DNA of 61,079 nucleotides, filler included, from Globobulimina sp. (GCA_003354225.1; 16 parts of 16 records of this genome joined end to end with filler, not necessarily neighbours in it); one strand, 5' to 3'. Positions 37,295-49,715 are shown, counted from the whole stretch's first letter. Notes: generated by a model not told the origin, from the letters alone. Program-made: numbers and translations.

Positions 37295-37527
37295 AATTAC
37301 GAGGTTGCGAGGAAAACGTTCCTGTTTCGAGTGACTTTTAACTTGTTTGTGTCGTAGGTATTAGAAAACTAAAAACTTTTTTAACGAATTTTAAAAACTT
37401 GAAAAACATAAAAATAAAGAATAAATATAGAAACGATAAATTATATTAATCTTTACATAAAACCATTGTTCAACGAATAAAACATATTGTTATAATAATC
37501 CAATTTCATGATTTTCGCATTCCTGAT

Positions 37528-37705
37528 GAGGCGACTACGTCGCTGCCATCGATACCATAATAAATTAGATACCGATCGATAAGGCGACTGCGTCGCCGTA
37601 ATAGATACCATAATAAATTCTATCGCTGAGGCGACTCCGTCGCCACCATAGATACCATAATATCCATAGATAGCATAATAAATTGATCAGATCGATCAAT
37701 GAGGC
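37528..37705. repeat. Array of three hairpin-containing units (47-53 bp period)
   Basis: GGCGAC-TNC-GTCGC(C) at 37530, 37583, 37630, each followed by GATACCATAATA. Confidence 0.85.
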
Positions 37706-38248
37706 ATAGTTGACGTTCCATTGTTTTTGATGTCTTTTGTAAAAAGTTTTTTGACTTTAAGTTAGTTAATGTCATCCATCGTTTCAGGTACGTTCGTATT
37801 TTAATGTTACATTATGTGTATTGCATTTATGAATATATATTATCTTGTTTTGTTTTGTTTTGTGTTTTGTCATATTTTTTGTCCCATGAAACTAATCAAA
37901 AAGAGAGAAATCATAAATATGAACATTATAAATTATGGCAAAATTCACTGTATGGTCATTTTTTTTGGTAAAACATTGTATCAGAAGTCAGTTTATAATC
38001 TCGGCTGGTAACGAGTTTCTGAAAACACAGTTTTTCACGCCTTGGGGGGTGTTGAGTTATAGGAGAATTAGAAAGAAGAGGAAAGGATAATAAATTAATA
38101 TAATAATAGAATATAATAATAGAAAAAAGGTATAATAAAAGGTAATTANNNNNNNNNNNNNNNNNNNNNNNNNNNNNNNNNNNNNNNNNNNNTTAATTAA
38201 TTAANNNNNNNNNNNNNNNNNNNNNNNNNNNNNNNNNNNNNNNNNNNN

Positions 38249-38771
38249 ATGTATTGCTGTCTAAGGTCAAAGTGATTAAATCACCATTTACTGCCGTAAT
38301 GGTAGCATTACGTTTCGCTTTTGATAACAAAGCTGTTTCGCCAAAATAATCGCCTTGTTTTAATCGAGCGACTTCTTTCTCGTCAGCTTTGTCGCCATGT
38401 ATTGTAACAGAAGCAATGCCTTGTTTGATGATATAAAATCTATCGCCTTCGTCGCCTTGTTTGAATACATGTTCTCCTGATTTGAATATCATTGTTTCCA
38501 TGACACCACCAACTTTATTTCGTTTATCTTCAGGAACACGACAAAATATTGGTACTTGTTTCAACCAATCACCAATTTGCGGTGATGACTGCAGCCGTGT
38601 CCATATATCTGATGGTGCTGTTATTGAAGTTGTTGAAGAGTTGTCCTTTATAGGAACACTTTTATTTTTATTTTTGTAATTATTATTATTATCATTTAAC
38701 AATTTAGACGTATTGGGATGCTCAGAACCGGTAGCAACATGATTGTTTGGTGCGTTGCATAAATTACCCAT
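38249..38771 (-). CDS. Cyclic-nucleotide-binding protein (PKG or PKA-R-like), 5' part, predicted N-acylated
   Basis: MGNLC start; VFKQGDEGDRFYII..G...GDYFGETALL....RNATI. Confidence 0.85.
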
Positions 38772-38941
38772 TTGTTTGCAATATCAGTGAGTATCATCAA
38801 ATTAATAATTGCTAAGATGCGACATATTACGTCATATACATGAAGTTTATCTACTGTACAGATATTTGGATGCGCTCTATTATTTTTATATGGTTACTAG
38901 CTAGTAGCTAGCATAGTGAACAAAAAAAAACAGTACTTTGA

Positions 38942-39247
38942 ATGTCATTTAGGTTCTTCTTCTGGTCACTGAGGAAAGCAGACTGGGCTGTGACTTGTGG
39001 CATAACTTTAGGGATAGCAGTCATTGCATATTCTGCATGGGATTATCAACAACATTCACAAAAGGAACAATGGATGCCTCGAGCAGTAAATCAACCAAGC
39101 AAACCTGGCCGGTTTGGTCAGTCTTTTCCTGATAGCACTGCTCGATATAAACGAGAATCAAAAAAACAAATTACTTTGGAAGAAATAGAATGGAATATAC
39201 AGGATAGACAACGTAGATACCAACAAGATATGAAAAATGAAAAATGA
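38942..39247 (+). CDS. Small single-pass membrane protein
   Basis: 101-aa ATG ORF with one hydrophobic helix, fitting the intergenic space. Confidence 0.55.
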   Translation: MSFRFFFWSLRKADWAVTCGITLGIAVIAYSAWDYQQHSQKEQWMPRAVNQPSKPGRFGQSFPDSTARYKRESKKQITLEEIEWNIQDRQRRYQQDMKNEK

Positions 39248-39310
39248 AAATTATAACTCTTAAATAAACCCAATTATGGTCCTTGCACAAAAAGCACAAA
39301 CAAAATTGTT

Positions 39311-41424
39311 TTAAGAAGAACAGCTCACACAATCTGATACTGTCCAGTCAGGTGCTGGGCAATCATAGTCATTTTTTGTTGCATTTAATTGCTCATTAAA
39401 TGGATCTTTAATCAGTTGTAATAATGATTCGATTTCATCATATTCACCATTTTCTGCTTTGTTGATACAATTTTGTAACATATAATTTCTCAAAATGTAT
39501 TTTGGATTATTTTCATTCATCCTCTTAATTCTCTCTTCATTAATTCTTAACAATTCTTGTTGATCATTTCCAACATATTGTTTATTCACTGCATTTCTAT
39601 ACATTTGAACAAATACTTTCCATACATTCCTATCATGTTCCTTCTTCTCTGCAATTGTCATTTCTTCAATCAATCCATTATTTGTTGCAGTTGCAATTGT
39701 TTTTACAACTTCCTTTCTATCAAAATGATCAAATACAGCTTGAAGATCGTCCAATGTTAATCCCGCCATACTATTCAGCTCTGGGTTTTCTCTCAAACTG
39801 TCTGCCATTTTTCTTAAATTAGGTAAACCTCTTCGTAACGTCATTAGTTGAGTGGATTTTTGTGGATATTTAATAATTGTAAATTGTAACGGTGTCGCAC
39901 ATTGACTCACCAGATATTCCGTCAATTTATTATCTTCCATCTCCATATCTCCATTATTAGTATTAACTGATACCATATTTAATGCACGAAATGCATTGGT
40001 AAAATCACAGGCTGTTTGTTGCAATGCATCAAAAAAACATTCAACAACCTTACCCACATCACAATCATAGGCATCTATCAACAGTCCAAACTTTAATATC
40101 ATTGAATCTTTATAATATTTGTCATACAATGCATTATAATTAATATTGGAGATGTATGGTTTTGTAACATTATAATTTAAAATATGTGCATCATCCAAGG
40201 CTTCTGCGAGTCGGTCCAAGTTCCATTGACATATTTCACCTTGTTTTTTATATGAATATCTTCCAGAATGATCGCTATAATTAGCAACAAATTCATCATT
40301 AAAATATTCCATAAAAGCAAACGGTCCATAATCAACAGTCAATCCCAATATGGACATATTATCTGTATTTAACACACCATGCACAAATCCAAAGCATTGC
40401 CATTTTACAAGCAATCGAATGGTTTTATCCACCAACTCTTTCCACCATAATTCATACATTTCCAATTCAGAAACAGAATCAACAGCTACATATATTTCAG
40501 GATAATGATATTGGATAATATAATCCAACAATGGTTTTAATAAACTGTTACTGTGCTGTGAATCATTTGCATTATACGATGGCCCACCTTTTTTACTGCA
40601 AATCTCAAATGAACCAAACCTAATAAATGATGGAGATAATCTTAACACAATGGCTATTTTCTCCCGTTTGCTATTTCCGTTATAAAACTCATCACGAATA
40701 ACTGTATCAGTATCACTGATGATTAACATCCCAGCTCTGGTTGTTGGAATTCCTAAATAGTGCATTGCTTCACTTATAAAATATTCCCTTATTGATGATC
40801 TTAAGACAGCTCTGCCATCTAAAAATCTACTAAATGGTTTTAAACCGGAACCTTTTAATTGTATCTCCCATATTTCATTCTTATCATTAACAAATTCACA
40901 CAAATTAATGGCTCTTCCATCACCTAATTGTCCTGCAAAATTACCAAATTGATGACCTGCATCTGAATATAATCAATATATTTGAATAAAAATCATTATT
41001 AATAGGTTCAAGGTGCAAATTACATACAACAGTGGCTAGAGGGTGAACAATTTGGAATTATTTTACGAATTGTTTCTATATTTCCAGCAAAGAGTTGTGT
41101 TAATGTATCCATTGATTCTTTGTCGTTTGTAATGTTTGTGTCTAGATCGATACACGTAGTGACAGCGGATGATATTGATAATAATTGTGGTGATCCTAAC
41201 GGTGTAGGATCAACTGGAGTGAATAATGCATTCTTTACAAGTCTCGGCTGTTGGTTCTGTTGCGGCGACAAAGATTCATCTACAGCTAATCGTTGCAATT
41301 GTGTATATTGTAACTTGTTGGTTAAATTATTCAACCATAATGCAGTTGATGTAATAAATGTTCTCTGGTAATGATGTCGATATTGTTTTATGGCAACTCT
41401 GTTTAAACAAAGCAAAAGTAACAT
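39311..41424 (-). CDS. SELENOO: Selenoprotein O/YdiU AMPylase, Cys-containing form; intron 40963-41027
   Basis: Spliced YAGHQFGNFAGQLGDGRA, QLKGSG, DGRAVLRSSIRE, HGVLNTDNMS, DYGPF, NPKYILRNY; C-terminus CVSCSS. Confidence 0.93.
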
Positions 41425-41476
41425 GGCCAGACTGAATTAAGTATGTGAAGTTTTTTTGCAATTAAGTTTTATAATA

Positions 41477-41971
41477 ATGCGCCGATTATTAGTCACAGAA
41501 ACAGGAGATTCATTTGGTAGATTCAATGATGGCTCAACAGTATTTGTATCGTCATCGTGCCAAATTGTGGTTGAAACAGATAAAAATAACAAACAAGTTA
41601 CTCATATAATCAATTTTATCAATGCATCACTCAAACAGAAAGTGGAACAAATGGTCATCATCAGAAATAAATATTTTTGGCCAATATGTTTACCGCCATT
41701 CATGCAACAAATAACAGCCAGAACCACCACCAATGGATACAAAAAAGTTAAAAAAAATGCACGAATTAAAAAAAAACAAAGAATAAAATGTTATATAAAC
41801 AGTTATTAGTACCATTAACAGAATGTATATGGAACCAAGAGTGTCAACAAGGCATTGAAGAGCAAACCATTAAGTCCTGTGATGGCCACACCAGTTTACA
41901 ATTACATACAAATCGTCACAAAATATCCGTATCATTCCCAATAAATATAAAGAATTCGAAAGAAATACAAG
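41477..41971 (+). CDS. 5' part of a possible C5orf34/DUF4524-like protein (spliced)
   Basis: F.DGS.V.VSS....T......LK.KV......RNK resemblance; divergent from SELENOO. Confidence 0.35.
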
Positions 41972-42071
41972 NNNNNNNNNNNNNNNNNNNNNNNNNNNNN
42001 NNNNNNNNNNNNNNNTTAATTAATTAANNNNNNNNNNNNNNNNNNNNNNNNNNNNNNNNNNNNNNNNNNNN

Positions 42072-43019
42072 CAGCAAAAGATCTAAGTCTTATTCTGGTA
42101 ATGTAGTATGATGACACGCTCGCTGTTTATGATTAGTAGAAGCAGTTAAAAAAAATTGCGATTATCGAAGATAATTGGCCAGGTTCTGTGCATTGTTAAT
42201 AGGCAATATACAAAAATAGATATTTTACTACTTTGTGTGTTGGATTAAATGCAACAGAAATTGATAGAGCATAGCAAATCTAATGGGGATATTAAGCATA
42301 AAATGTTGAAACGAAACAACTGCATTGCCGGTGACTAAAAATGCAATGTTTATGTGATATTTATCATCATTAAAATACAATGAATCAACAATATATTTCG
42401 CAGTTTTATTCCGATAACATTTCAAACGTCGCGTAATTGTATGAGCCATATAAAATGAATAATACTCATACTTATTAAACATGGTAAGACCCGCTAAATA
42501 TGTGTCAAGTGAATGGATTAAACATATTTTCCAGTTTGGTTTGTGTGAAATGAATGAATCTTTAAACCAAATCGTATTATTAAATGACGGAATACCTTTT
42601 GGTAATTCATGTCCATCTGGCAATATATCCGCACATTCTTTGTATTTTGGTGCAACATTATTAAGATTCTCAATAATCGCAACTCGGTCACGTTGCAGAT
42701 ATGCATCGGTATTCAATTGTTTTTTATTCATTCCATATTCGAATTCATCCATTTCTAAATTATGGATTGCTGCAATAATGGAAAAATTAAAATCATTCCA
42801 AGGAGCCGTTGGTAACTTATAATTATATTTTTTACTAATGTTTGTCGTATAATTATAACTTGTCTTCAATTGGTTTGTATCCAATATTGTTTGCAGTTGT
42901 ATTACATGACTTGACTCATATTTTGATAGAAGTACAACATTTATTGCATAAACGAGCATCATTATGGATATTGTAGTCGGCGGCCTCGTCTTGCAATTGA
43001 ATGAGAAACCCATATTCAA
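42072..43019 (-). CDS. Type II membrane protein, possibly GT61-like glycosyltransferase; 3' truncated
   Basis: N-terminal TM helix; SFQHFMLN motif; downstream exon likely near 42190. Confidence 0.4.
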
Positions 43020-43578
43020 CTCTAACAGTTTTCAGCAGGCTTACTCCAGTTAACCATGTCGACCACTCTCTTTTTTGTTGCTGTTCTGTTAGTATATGGT
43101 GCGTTGTCTGCAGATGTCACTGTAGATTGGACAAATGTCATTGCAGTCAGCAAAACAACCACTACATTATAAGTGGTAGTAAATGCGTTGCTTACGCGAC
43201 AATCACCAATCCATAATCAAGTATTTCAAATTAAGTCTTGGCGATTTAGATGCCGACATTTCATCGCAACAAAGAGCTGGTGATTTGACAAACTCAAGAT
43301 TTTGATGAAAATTGATTTTTTTGAATAAAATGAAATTTAATGATGGTATTTCAAAAATTCTTTCAACTTTGTGTTTCTATATGCATTGGCTTGTATTTTT
43401 TTGACTTTCTAGCATCTGGGTCGCATCTGCCACCAACTTGAATTTTCTGATCACCGTTGATTGGATCCATTGTCTGGTTCCATTGTCTGGTTCGATCACT
43501 TCAAGTAAAATTTTCAAAAAAAAAAAATCATAATAAAAATGTGGATGGCACCGAGAAAGGAGATGTTATATTGAATCG

Positions 43579-44379
43579 TTGCTTGGTGTGCCAATTGTGG
43601 TAAATCCTGACGCAAAACATAAGCAGCGTCAGTATGATACAAAGAACAGGCGATCGCGTTCATTGGTTGAGTCAGATAAAGATGATATTATTGAATTTGC
43701 AGGATATCCGATTAAGGAAAAAGGAAAAAAAACATGGGCTGTTGCGGCTCAGTATGAATTGGAGCCATATATTATTACTGTCGATGCATTTTGTTTAATG
43801 GCAGAGTGGGAATTATATCGTATTGAAATGACAAATCAATTACAGACGAATTCAGCCGCCCGTACATTTATGACTGATTATATAAATTCAATGGAAGCGA
43901 ATAAAAAAGGGACATCGAATAAAAATAAAAATGAAAATAACAATGAAAATGAACGAATTAAACAGGATTTTGAGCAAATATTTGAGGAATATGTGACTAA
44001 ATTATTGGAGCAAACGGTAAAGTATGGGATAAATCCAAATCATCCATCTGGAATTACGGCAATTCGCGCTCGGTGCAAGCTGTATATACCAAATAAATTG
44101 GCGGATATTACATTGATATCATATGGAAATAAATATAGATTACAATCATTTAATGGGACAAATAAAACAACTGTACATTTAACACAAGAATTAATAAAAG
44201 ATAAATTAACAGAAAATTCATCAAAAATATGGAGTGATCGAGCAGGAGGAAGTGTGGAAATCGATTTTGCAAAGCAAGATACAATAAAACTTATTTTTAG
44301 TAAACGGACAAACGATATTTATTTGGATACATTTTATTATAAGAATTTGAATGCGTTAACCAACATTAATGCAAATTGA
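43579..44379 (+). CDS. Hypothetical protein, start uncertain
   Basis: 266 open codons in AT-rich DNA. Confidence 0.45.
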   Translation: MLGVPIVVNPDAKHKQRQYDTKNRRSRSLVESDKDDIIEFAGYPIKEKGKKTWAVAAQYELEPYIITVDAFCLMAEWELYRIEMTNQLQTNSAARTFMTDYINSMEANKKGTSNKNKNENNNENERIKQDFEQIFEEYVTKLLEQTVKYGINPNHPSGITAIRARCKLYIPNKLADITLISYGNKYRLQSFNGTNKTTVHLTQELIKDKLTENSSKIWSDRAGGSVEIDFAKQDTIKLIFSKRTNDIYLDTFYYKNLNALTNINAN

Positions 44380-44417
44380 TATTCTTATGTTATATTTAAT
44401 TTAATGATATTTTTATC

Positions 44418-44661
44418 GGCACAGACTCGCTCATTATGCGCCATTCCAACTCCCTCCATGGCACAGACACGCACATTATGCGCCATTCCCATTCCCTCCA
44501 CGGCACAGACACGCACATTATGCGCCATTCCCATTCCCTCCATGGCACAGACACGCACATTATGCGCCATTCCCACTCCCTCCATGGCACAGACACGCAC
44601 ATTATGCGCCATTCCAACTCCCTCCACGGCACAGACACGCACATTATGCGCCATTCCAACT
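44418..44661. repeat. 42-bp minisatellite, about 5.8 copies
   Basis: GGCACAGACACGCACATTATGCGCCATTCCMAYTCCCTCCAY units at 44418, 44460, 44502, 44544, 44586, 44628. Confidence 0.97.
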
Positions 44662-44795
44662 AATCACAGTGTCAATGTACACACTGTCCAACTCTTAATA
44701 ACGTGGCCAACGCCACAATGAATTCTCTCCTTCAATCACAGTGTCAATGTACACACTGTCCATCTCTTAATTATGTGGCCAACGCCACAATGAAT
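44662..44795. repeat. 72-bp-period duplication with internal hairpins
   Basis: AATCACAGTGTCAATGTACACACTGTCCA...GTGGCCAACGCCACAATGAAT occurs twice. Confidence 0.9.
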
Positions 44796-45219
44796 CCCAA
44801 GCCACAATTAATTCCCATCTTTATTGATTCGCACTTTCGCAGTTTTGTAATATCCATTAATGTGTCTTTGATGTGCCGGCGCCATTAATATATATCGATC
44901 CATATAATTTCTGATGATTTCTTGTTTGATAATCCATTTCTTCCGAATGACTCATGTATAGTATGTGGACGGTCTACAACAACCGAACAAATACATAAAT
45001 AACACATACGTTGGGCGATTGAAACAACTTTACACCGTAAGTTGCCATACCATGATAAAATGTCAGTAGATTTTTGCTCAGTCAAAAAGCGTTTTGGGTT
45101 TGTTCTTTTATGTCATGACAGCTGCACTCTCATAATATATGGATCGCAAAGTCGCAATGATGCGAGATTGTATTATTAAACTTTTTATTTTTGTGTGTAT
45201 GTGACGTGGAAACAATAAT

Positions 45220-45771
45220 ATGGACGGAAACGTTAACATGCAATCTATAGCAAAGCATTTCCATTCCAATGCATTTAAAAACATAACAGAAACAGATGAA
45301 AACAAAAATGAACAAACGGAATTATCGATAGCGACAAACAAAATCGATATCAATGCATTGAACAATTATAATTTTATCAATGAAACTAAGACTGAGTTCA
45401 CGAATAAACGTATGCCCAAAGATAAAAAGAAGATGTTTTGGTTTAACAAAATTCGGAAATACACAATTGACCCAAATAAATCCATCAAAACTATAATGAA
45501 TCGAGGGTACAATTTAAAATTATCACTATTAATGCATGATTTTGAGGCGGAGGTATTGGAATGTCACCGACTCGGAAAAGAGCCACCGGATTTTATTATG
45601 GATCGGCTATTACCGCATCTCCGGAAACATGATTTTATAGAAAAAGAATCTGAAAATACATCGGCACTGAAAACCCGATTATCATCGGCCAAAAAACAAC
45701 AAGAAGATGCACAGCGAAAATATAACAGTGACATCCAGCGATCCAACATAACTAAAAACAGTTGTCGTTAA
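45220..45771 (+). CDS. Hypothetical protein
   Basis: 183-aa ATG ORF. Confidence 0.4.
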   Translation: MDGNVNMQSIAKHFHSNAFKNITETDENKNEQTELSIATNKIDINALNNYNFINETKTEFTNKRMPKDKKKMFWFNKIRKYTIDPNKSIKTIMNRGYNLKLSLLMHDFEAEVLECHRLGKEPPDFIMDRLLPHLRKHDFIEKESENTSALKTRLSSAKKQQEDAQRKYNSDIQRSNITKNSCR

Positions 45772-45893
45772 AAGTATAGATCGAATTCAGATTNNNNNNN
45801 NNNNNNNNNNNNNNNNNNNNNNNNNNNNNNNNNNNNNTTAATTAATTAANNNNNNNNNNNNNNNNNNNNNNNNNNNNNNNNNNNNNNNNNNNN

Positions 45894-46585
45894 CAGTGAT
45901 TCTCAACGGGGCTTTGGTGGGTTTGTAACCTTTGCGTTTATTCCGCAGTATGTATTTCATTTGAATGGTATTCCTCTGACGTGCTGTCATGTCGATCCGT
46001 GATGGTTCCGGTGCATTAAACGAGGACACATGGCATTTCGAGGGGTTAAATCTGTACCTCCATTTCAAGCTGTGTGTTTCACAAATTTTAAGCAATTGTC
46101 TCAAATCAGCTATGCTGTGCGCTACCAGTAGAATATCATCACAATATAGCAATGCTCCAATTATTTGTTTCCTTAAAAAATGGGCACCTATTTTGGACTC
46201 TTCCAGTGCAGTCACTAAATCGTTGATGAAAACTCCGTACAACAGCGGTGCAAGCACACTACCCTGCACCACACCATTTTTGGTTACAAATACATTAGAC
46301 ATTGAGAGATCTGTTCTCAGACTTGTCTTTGTATTTTCTAACATTGCCGCCACCAAAGCACACAAATTTAAGGGCACATCAAATTGCTTACGGAGCTTGT
46401 ATATTATGGATTGTCTCCAGGCTGTGTCGTATGCCTTGCTGATATCCAGTGACGCGTAATAAAGGGGAAGGTTTTTTTGTTTAGTGACATCACTCAAAAC
46501 CAGGATTAAACCGAGTTGTTCAATGACACCACGTCCATGTCTATATCCTCATTGCCACGGATGCAATTTGCTCTCTACTCCGTGT
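45894..46585 (-). pseudogene. Non-LTR (LINE) reverse transcriptase fragment
   Basis: Q*GYRHGR (in-frame TGA), LDISKAYD, GVVQGSVLAPLLY, LLYCDD, FNPSKC. Confidence 0.92.
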
Positions 46586-46886
46586 GGCGTTAGTTGCCAG
46601 TTGCTGGATTATGGAGTGATGGTCACTGTTAATAGCGATGATCCTTGCGTATTTTGGAGGCTATGCGAATGCGTGATATAACTATTTGATTCATATGTTT
46701 GACAAATCGGAATATGAGAAGTGTTACAGAGGGATCAAATCACAAATTGGACGTGTTTCCCAATTATTTCTGAGTTGAGACTGATTCATTAACAAAGGAA
46801 ATTCAAGGACAGAGTGAATAAGTTCGTATGATGCTATTCTGTGAATTAATTCTCTATTTTTTTTAATTGTCCAGAAATAGAGCTAG

Positions 46887-48030
46887 CGTTTCAGTCCAAA
46901 GTTTTTAATTAGCAAATTAAATAATGCGGGAGAAAAGTCTAAGAAATGGATTTTTGATATTGGTCTTTGTCTCAGTATGGATGTGATCGTGGTGGTGTTC
47001 GGTGCCTACTCATCATGCGTGGCCGTGTTTCACGATTTTCCGCTCGTCTTTCGTGTGGCGATCGCAACAATAAATGAAACTCAGTGTCATTTGGAAGGGA
47101 ATAATAAGTGGTCCTCAAACGAGACCGACTAGGTGAAGCATACGTAAAGGTCAAATACATTCCCCCTTCTGTGCATTTCCATACGAAGTCTTGATGGGTT
47201 TCAGTTATATGTCTCCGTCCCCTTTCATCTTCAGTAACATCTGTGTCTGCAAATTCCGCTGTTTTTCTGATGAAAACTTTATGTTCATTTTCTTCATCCC
47301 ACCCAGACTTTGGACGAATGGATTTCTGCATCTCACCTGTAGGACATATAAAAGAAATGTCATGAAACTCATCCCATCTTTTACCAGTCAGTGTTCCAAT
47401 TTGTTGCTTTACATCCTTGTCAAGATTGAAAGGGATTCCATCTCCAACATCTGTACCAAATTTTAAGCCTTCACGGACTTTTAACGAAATCATATCCAGC
47501 CTCACAATCCAATCAATCTTTGATTCCATGGTTATTCCCACATCAGCCAACAACTCCTTGTCATTTCTCAATTCTTTTCCAAAATGATTAATTCTAATCA
47601 CGCCCCACTCTAAATGTGATAACTCTGAGATCTTTTTTTTCAAATCTTCAATTGTGGCTTCATTTGCGAGTTCAATTGCTGTGTTTTCTTCACGAATGGT
47701 TGCAAAAACTAACAGTGATTCGGCTCTGGGGAGTAATACAGCGAATGCAACGATTAAACTGATAACAAAGGAATTTGTGACTTTATCCATTTTTTGTGTT
47801 TGAGATTGATCGAGGTTTGAGATGTGTGAGGTTTGAGGTTTGAGATAATGTTTTCCCGTGATTGGTTAATTTGTTTGAGATTTGGAATGTTTTAAGCGGC
47901 GATTTAAAGCGGCGATTTTGTTTGTTGAGCTTTCTCCGACACTGCTGCAATTGCAGCTGAATAAGCCGTGACGACCAATAATCGATCGTCCCATGTTAAT
48001 ATTTAATAACGTTTCAGTCCAAAGTTTTTA
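46887..48030. repeat. 21-bp perfect direct repeats flanking the secreted Ubl gene
   Basis: CGTTTCAGTCCAAAGTTTTTA at 46887-46907 and 48010-48030. Confidence 0.85.
46972..47790 (-). CDS. Secreted protein with ubiquitin-like domain, intronless
   Basis: Signal peptide, then ATIEDLKKKI...HFGKEL...LADVGI. Confidence 0.65.
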   Translation of the reverse strand: MDKVTNSFVISLIVAFAVLLPRAESLLVFATIREENTAIELANEATIEDLKKKISELSHLEWGVIRINHFGKELRNDKELLADVGITMESKIDWIVRLDMISLKVREGLKFGTDVGDGIPFNLDKDVKQQIGTLTGKRWDEFHDISFICPTGEMQKSIRPKSGWDEENEHKVFIRKTAEFADTDVTEDERGRRHITETHQDFVWKCTEGGMYLTFTYASPSRSRLRTTYYSLPNDTEFHLLLRSPHERRAENRETRPRMMSRHRTPPRSHPY

Positions 48031-49143
48031 GTAAATTAAACAATGGACTCACCCTTTGGAGATTTCGACAGCGACTACTCCTCAGATGAAGAAATGGACC
48101 ACGGTTTCTCACACAGCGACTCCGAAAGTGACTCATTTGACTCTGAGTTCGACCCAGAAGCGCTCAAATCCCATTCACGAATAAACACTCCGCGCCTCAT
48201 TCACAAACACAAAACAAGAAAGACATCGAATTCAAACACACTGACACAGTATAAAAATTGAATATGTTGCTTCCAAGATAAGTATAATAAAAAACTTAAT
48301 CTAGTGAAGGTTCAAAAAATCAAAAACAACCAAAGGTCCATTTCATCGCATACAGTTTTTCATCCCACTCTACTTTTTTTTCAGAACCTTTGACAATAAT
48401 AATAGTAAGGAGAGTAAAGGAAACGAGAAACGGGCGTCGCCCTAGCTCATTATTCTTTGAAAATAAAATCTGGTATGTCATTATTCATTGCACAGTTAAC
48501 GTCTCGCAGGTAATGGTTAACAATATGCAGCAGACAAATATAATATGATATATATATGGATGTGCATCTGGAGGAATGGATAGAATCATACATGTTTCGT
48601 GCAGTAATATTCGCATGATTTCATTGGGTTTGGTGGCTGCGTCAGATTATAGATATGAAATGTTTATTTGTTTTATATTGTGTAGTGTATATGAAATGTT
48701 TATTTGTTATATGCAATGCAACGAACAACAAAAAGAAAAGATATGATTAGAATTACTTATTTTTTATTTTGTTTTACTTTATTTAATTACATATTTAATT
48801 GATGCTTATTTAACCATGAACAGACAATCAAGCGCTTCAAAAGTAATACCATGTAGTTTATGGCGACATTGGGTGACTGAAGTAAATTTAAGTATGAGTT
48901 CATCCCACTCAGCATGTCTCATGAGATGAAATGGACCTAAAATTAAACTTTTTGTTCGTAAGAATGCAGAGGACCAAGCTTACTAAGCTTAGCTTAGGTG
49001 TTTTCTAGATACAGTACGTATTTGTTTTTTTACCGCAAAGTACTCGTAATCAGTGAATGTATACGTATCAAAGCACACAATTACAATTTCAAGATCGCGA
49101 TCGATATATCTGTGAAAACAAACTTTTTCACACAACTTTACTT

Positions 49144-49485
49144 TTATGGTGCATAAATATTTAAAGCTTGAATTGTGACATTTGCAGCATCATGCCATGG
49201 GTCACCACACCAGACCGGCGCTAAAAACATTGTACGATGAATAACTTCACCAGCGGATGAGTGCATTTTGTCATCGATAAATAATGAAACTGTATTATCC
49301 ACGCATTGAAATTTCATTTTATAGATTCCATTCTGTTCCAAAGCTATATTTGGGTCATATCCTTTATTTTTATCATACACATCACTTAAACGAACATGTA
49401 ATTTGAAGCTTTTGGGGTGAAACCAAATTCCTGGCGATCTCTCCATATCTTCATGTCCAATATGTAATATGCTTTCCCATGAATC
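49144..49485 (-). CDS. 3' fragment with a beta-sandwich (ConA/LamG-like) domain
   Basis: WESILHIG...RSPGIWFHP...LHVRLS...VWCGDPWHDAANVTI. Confidence 0.45.
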   Translation of the reverse strand, partial: DSWESILHIGHEDMERSPGIWFHPKSFKLHVRLSDVYDKNKGYDPNIALEQNGIYKMKFQCVDNTVSLFIDDKMHSSAGEVIHRTMFLAPVWCGDPWHDAANVTIQALNIYAP

Positions 49486-49715
49486 ACCTCAATACAATGA
49501 TATCTCCGATTGTCGCCTAAATGACAAAATATCAGACCAAAATATCAGTGATATTTTCAAGATTTGGGTGCCGAAATCTGAAAATATCAATACATAATTC
49601 AACATATGAATTATGNNNNNNNNNNNNNNNNNNNNNNNNNNNNNNNNNNNNNNNNNNNNTTAATTAATTAANNNNNNNNNNNNNNNNNNNNNNNNNNNNN
49701 NNNNNNNNNNNNNNN

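Noticed and set aside
37528-37705. CRISPR-like interpretation of the hairpin array
   Set aside because: Only three units, short irregular linkers, no cas genes, eukaryotic context.
39311-39330. Selenocysteine in SELENOO
   Set aside because: The C-terminus is CVSCSS with a TGT Cys codon followed by TAA; no Sec is needed.
44418-44661. Possible CRISPR array or repeat-protein ORFs
   Set aside because: Units are head-to-tail with no unique spacers; ORFs arise because 42 is divisible by 3 and the unit lacks stops.
46549-46551. TGA reassignment suggested by in-frame TGAs in the LINE RT and CNNM
   Set aside because: The two TGAs fall at dissimilar expected residues, Trp is encoded by TGG, and TGA ends other ORFs normally.
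48431-48445. GGGCGTCGCCC hairpin followed by TAG as a Helitron 3' end
   Set aside because: The stem is short, the spacing to CTAG is atypical, and there is no other Helitron evidence.
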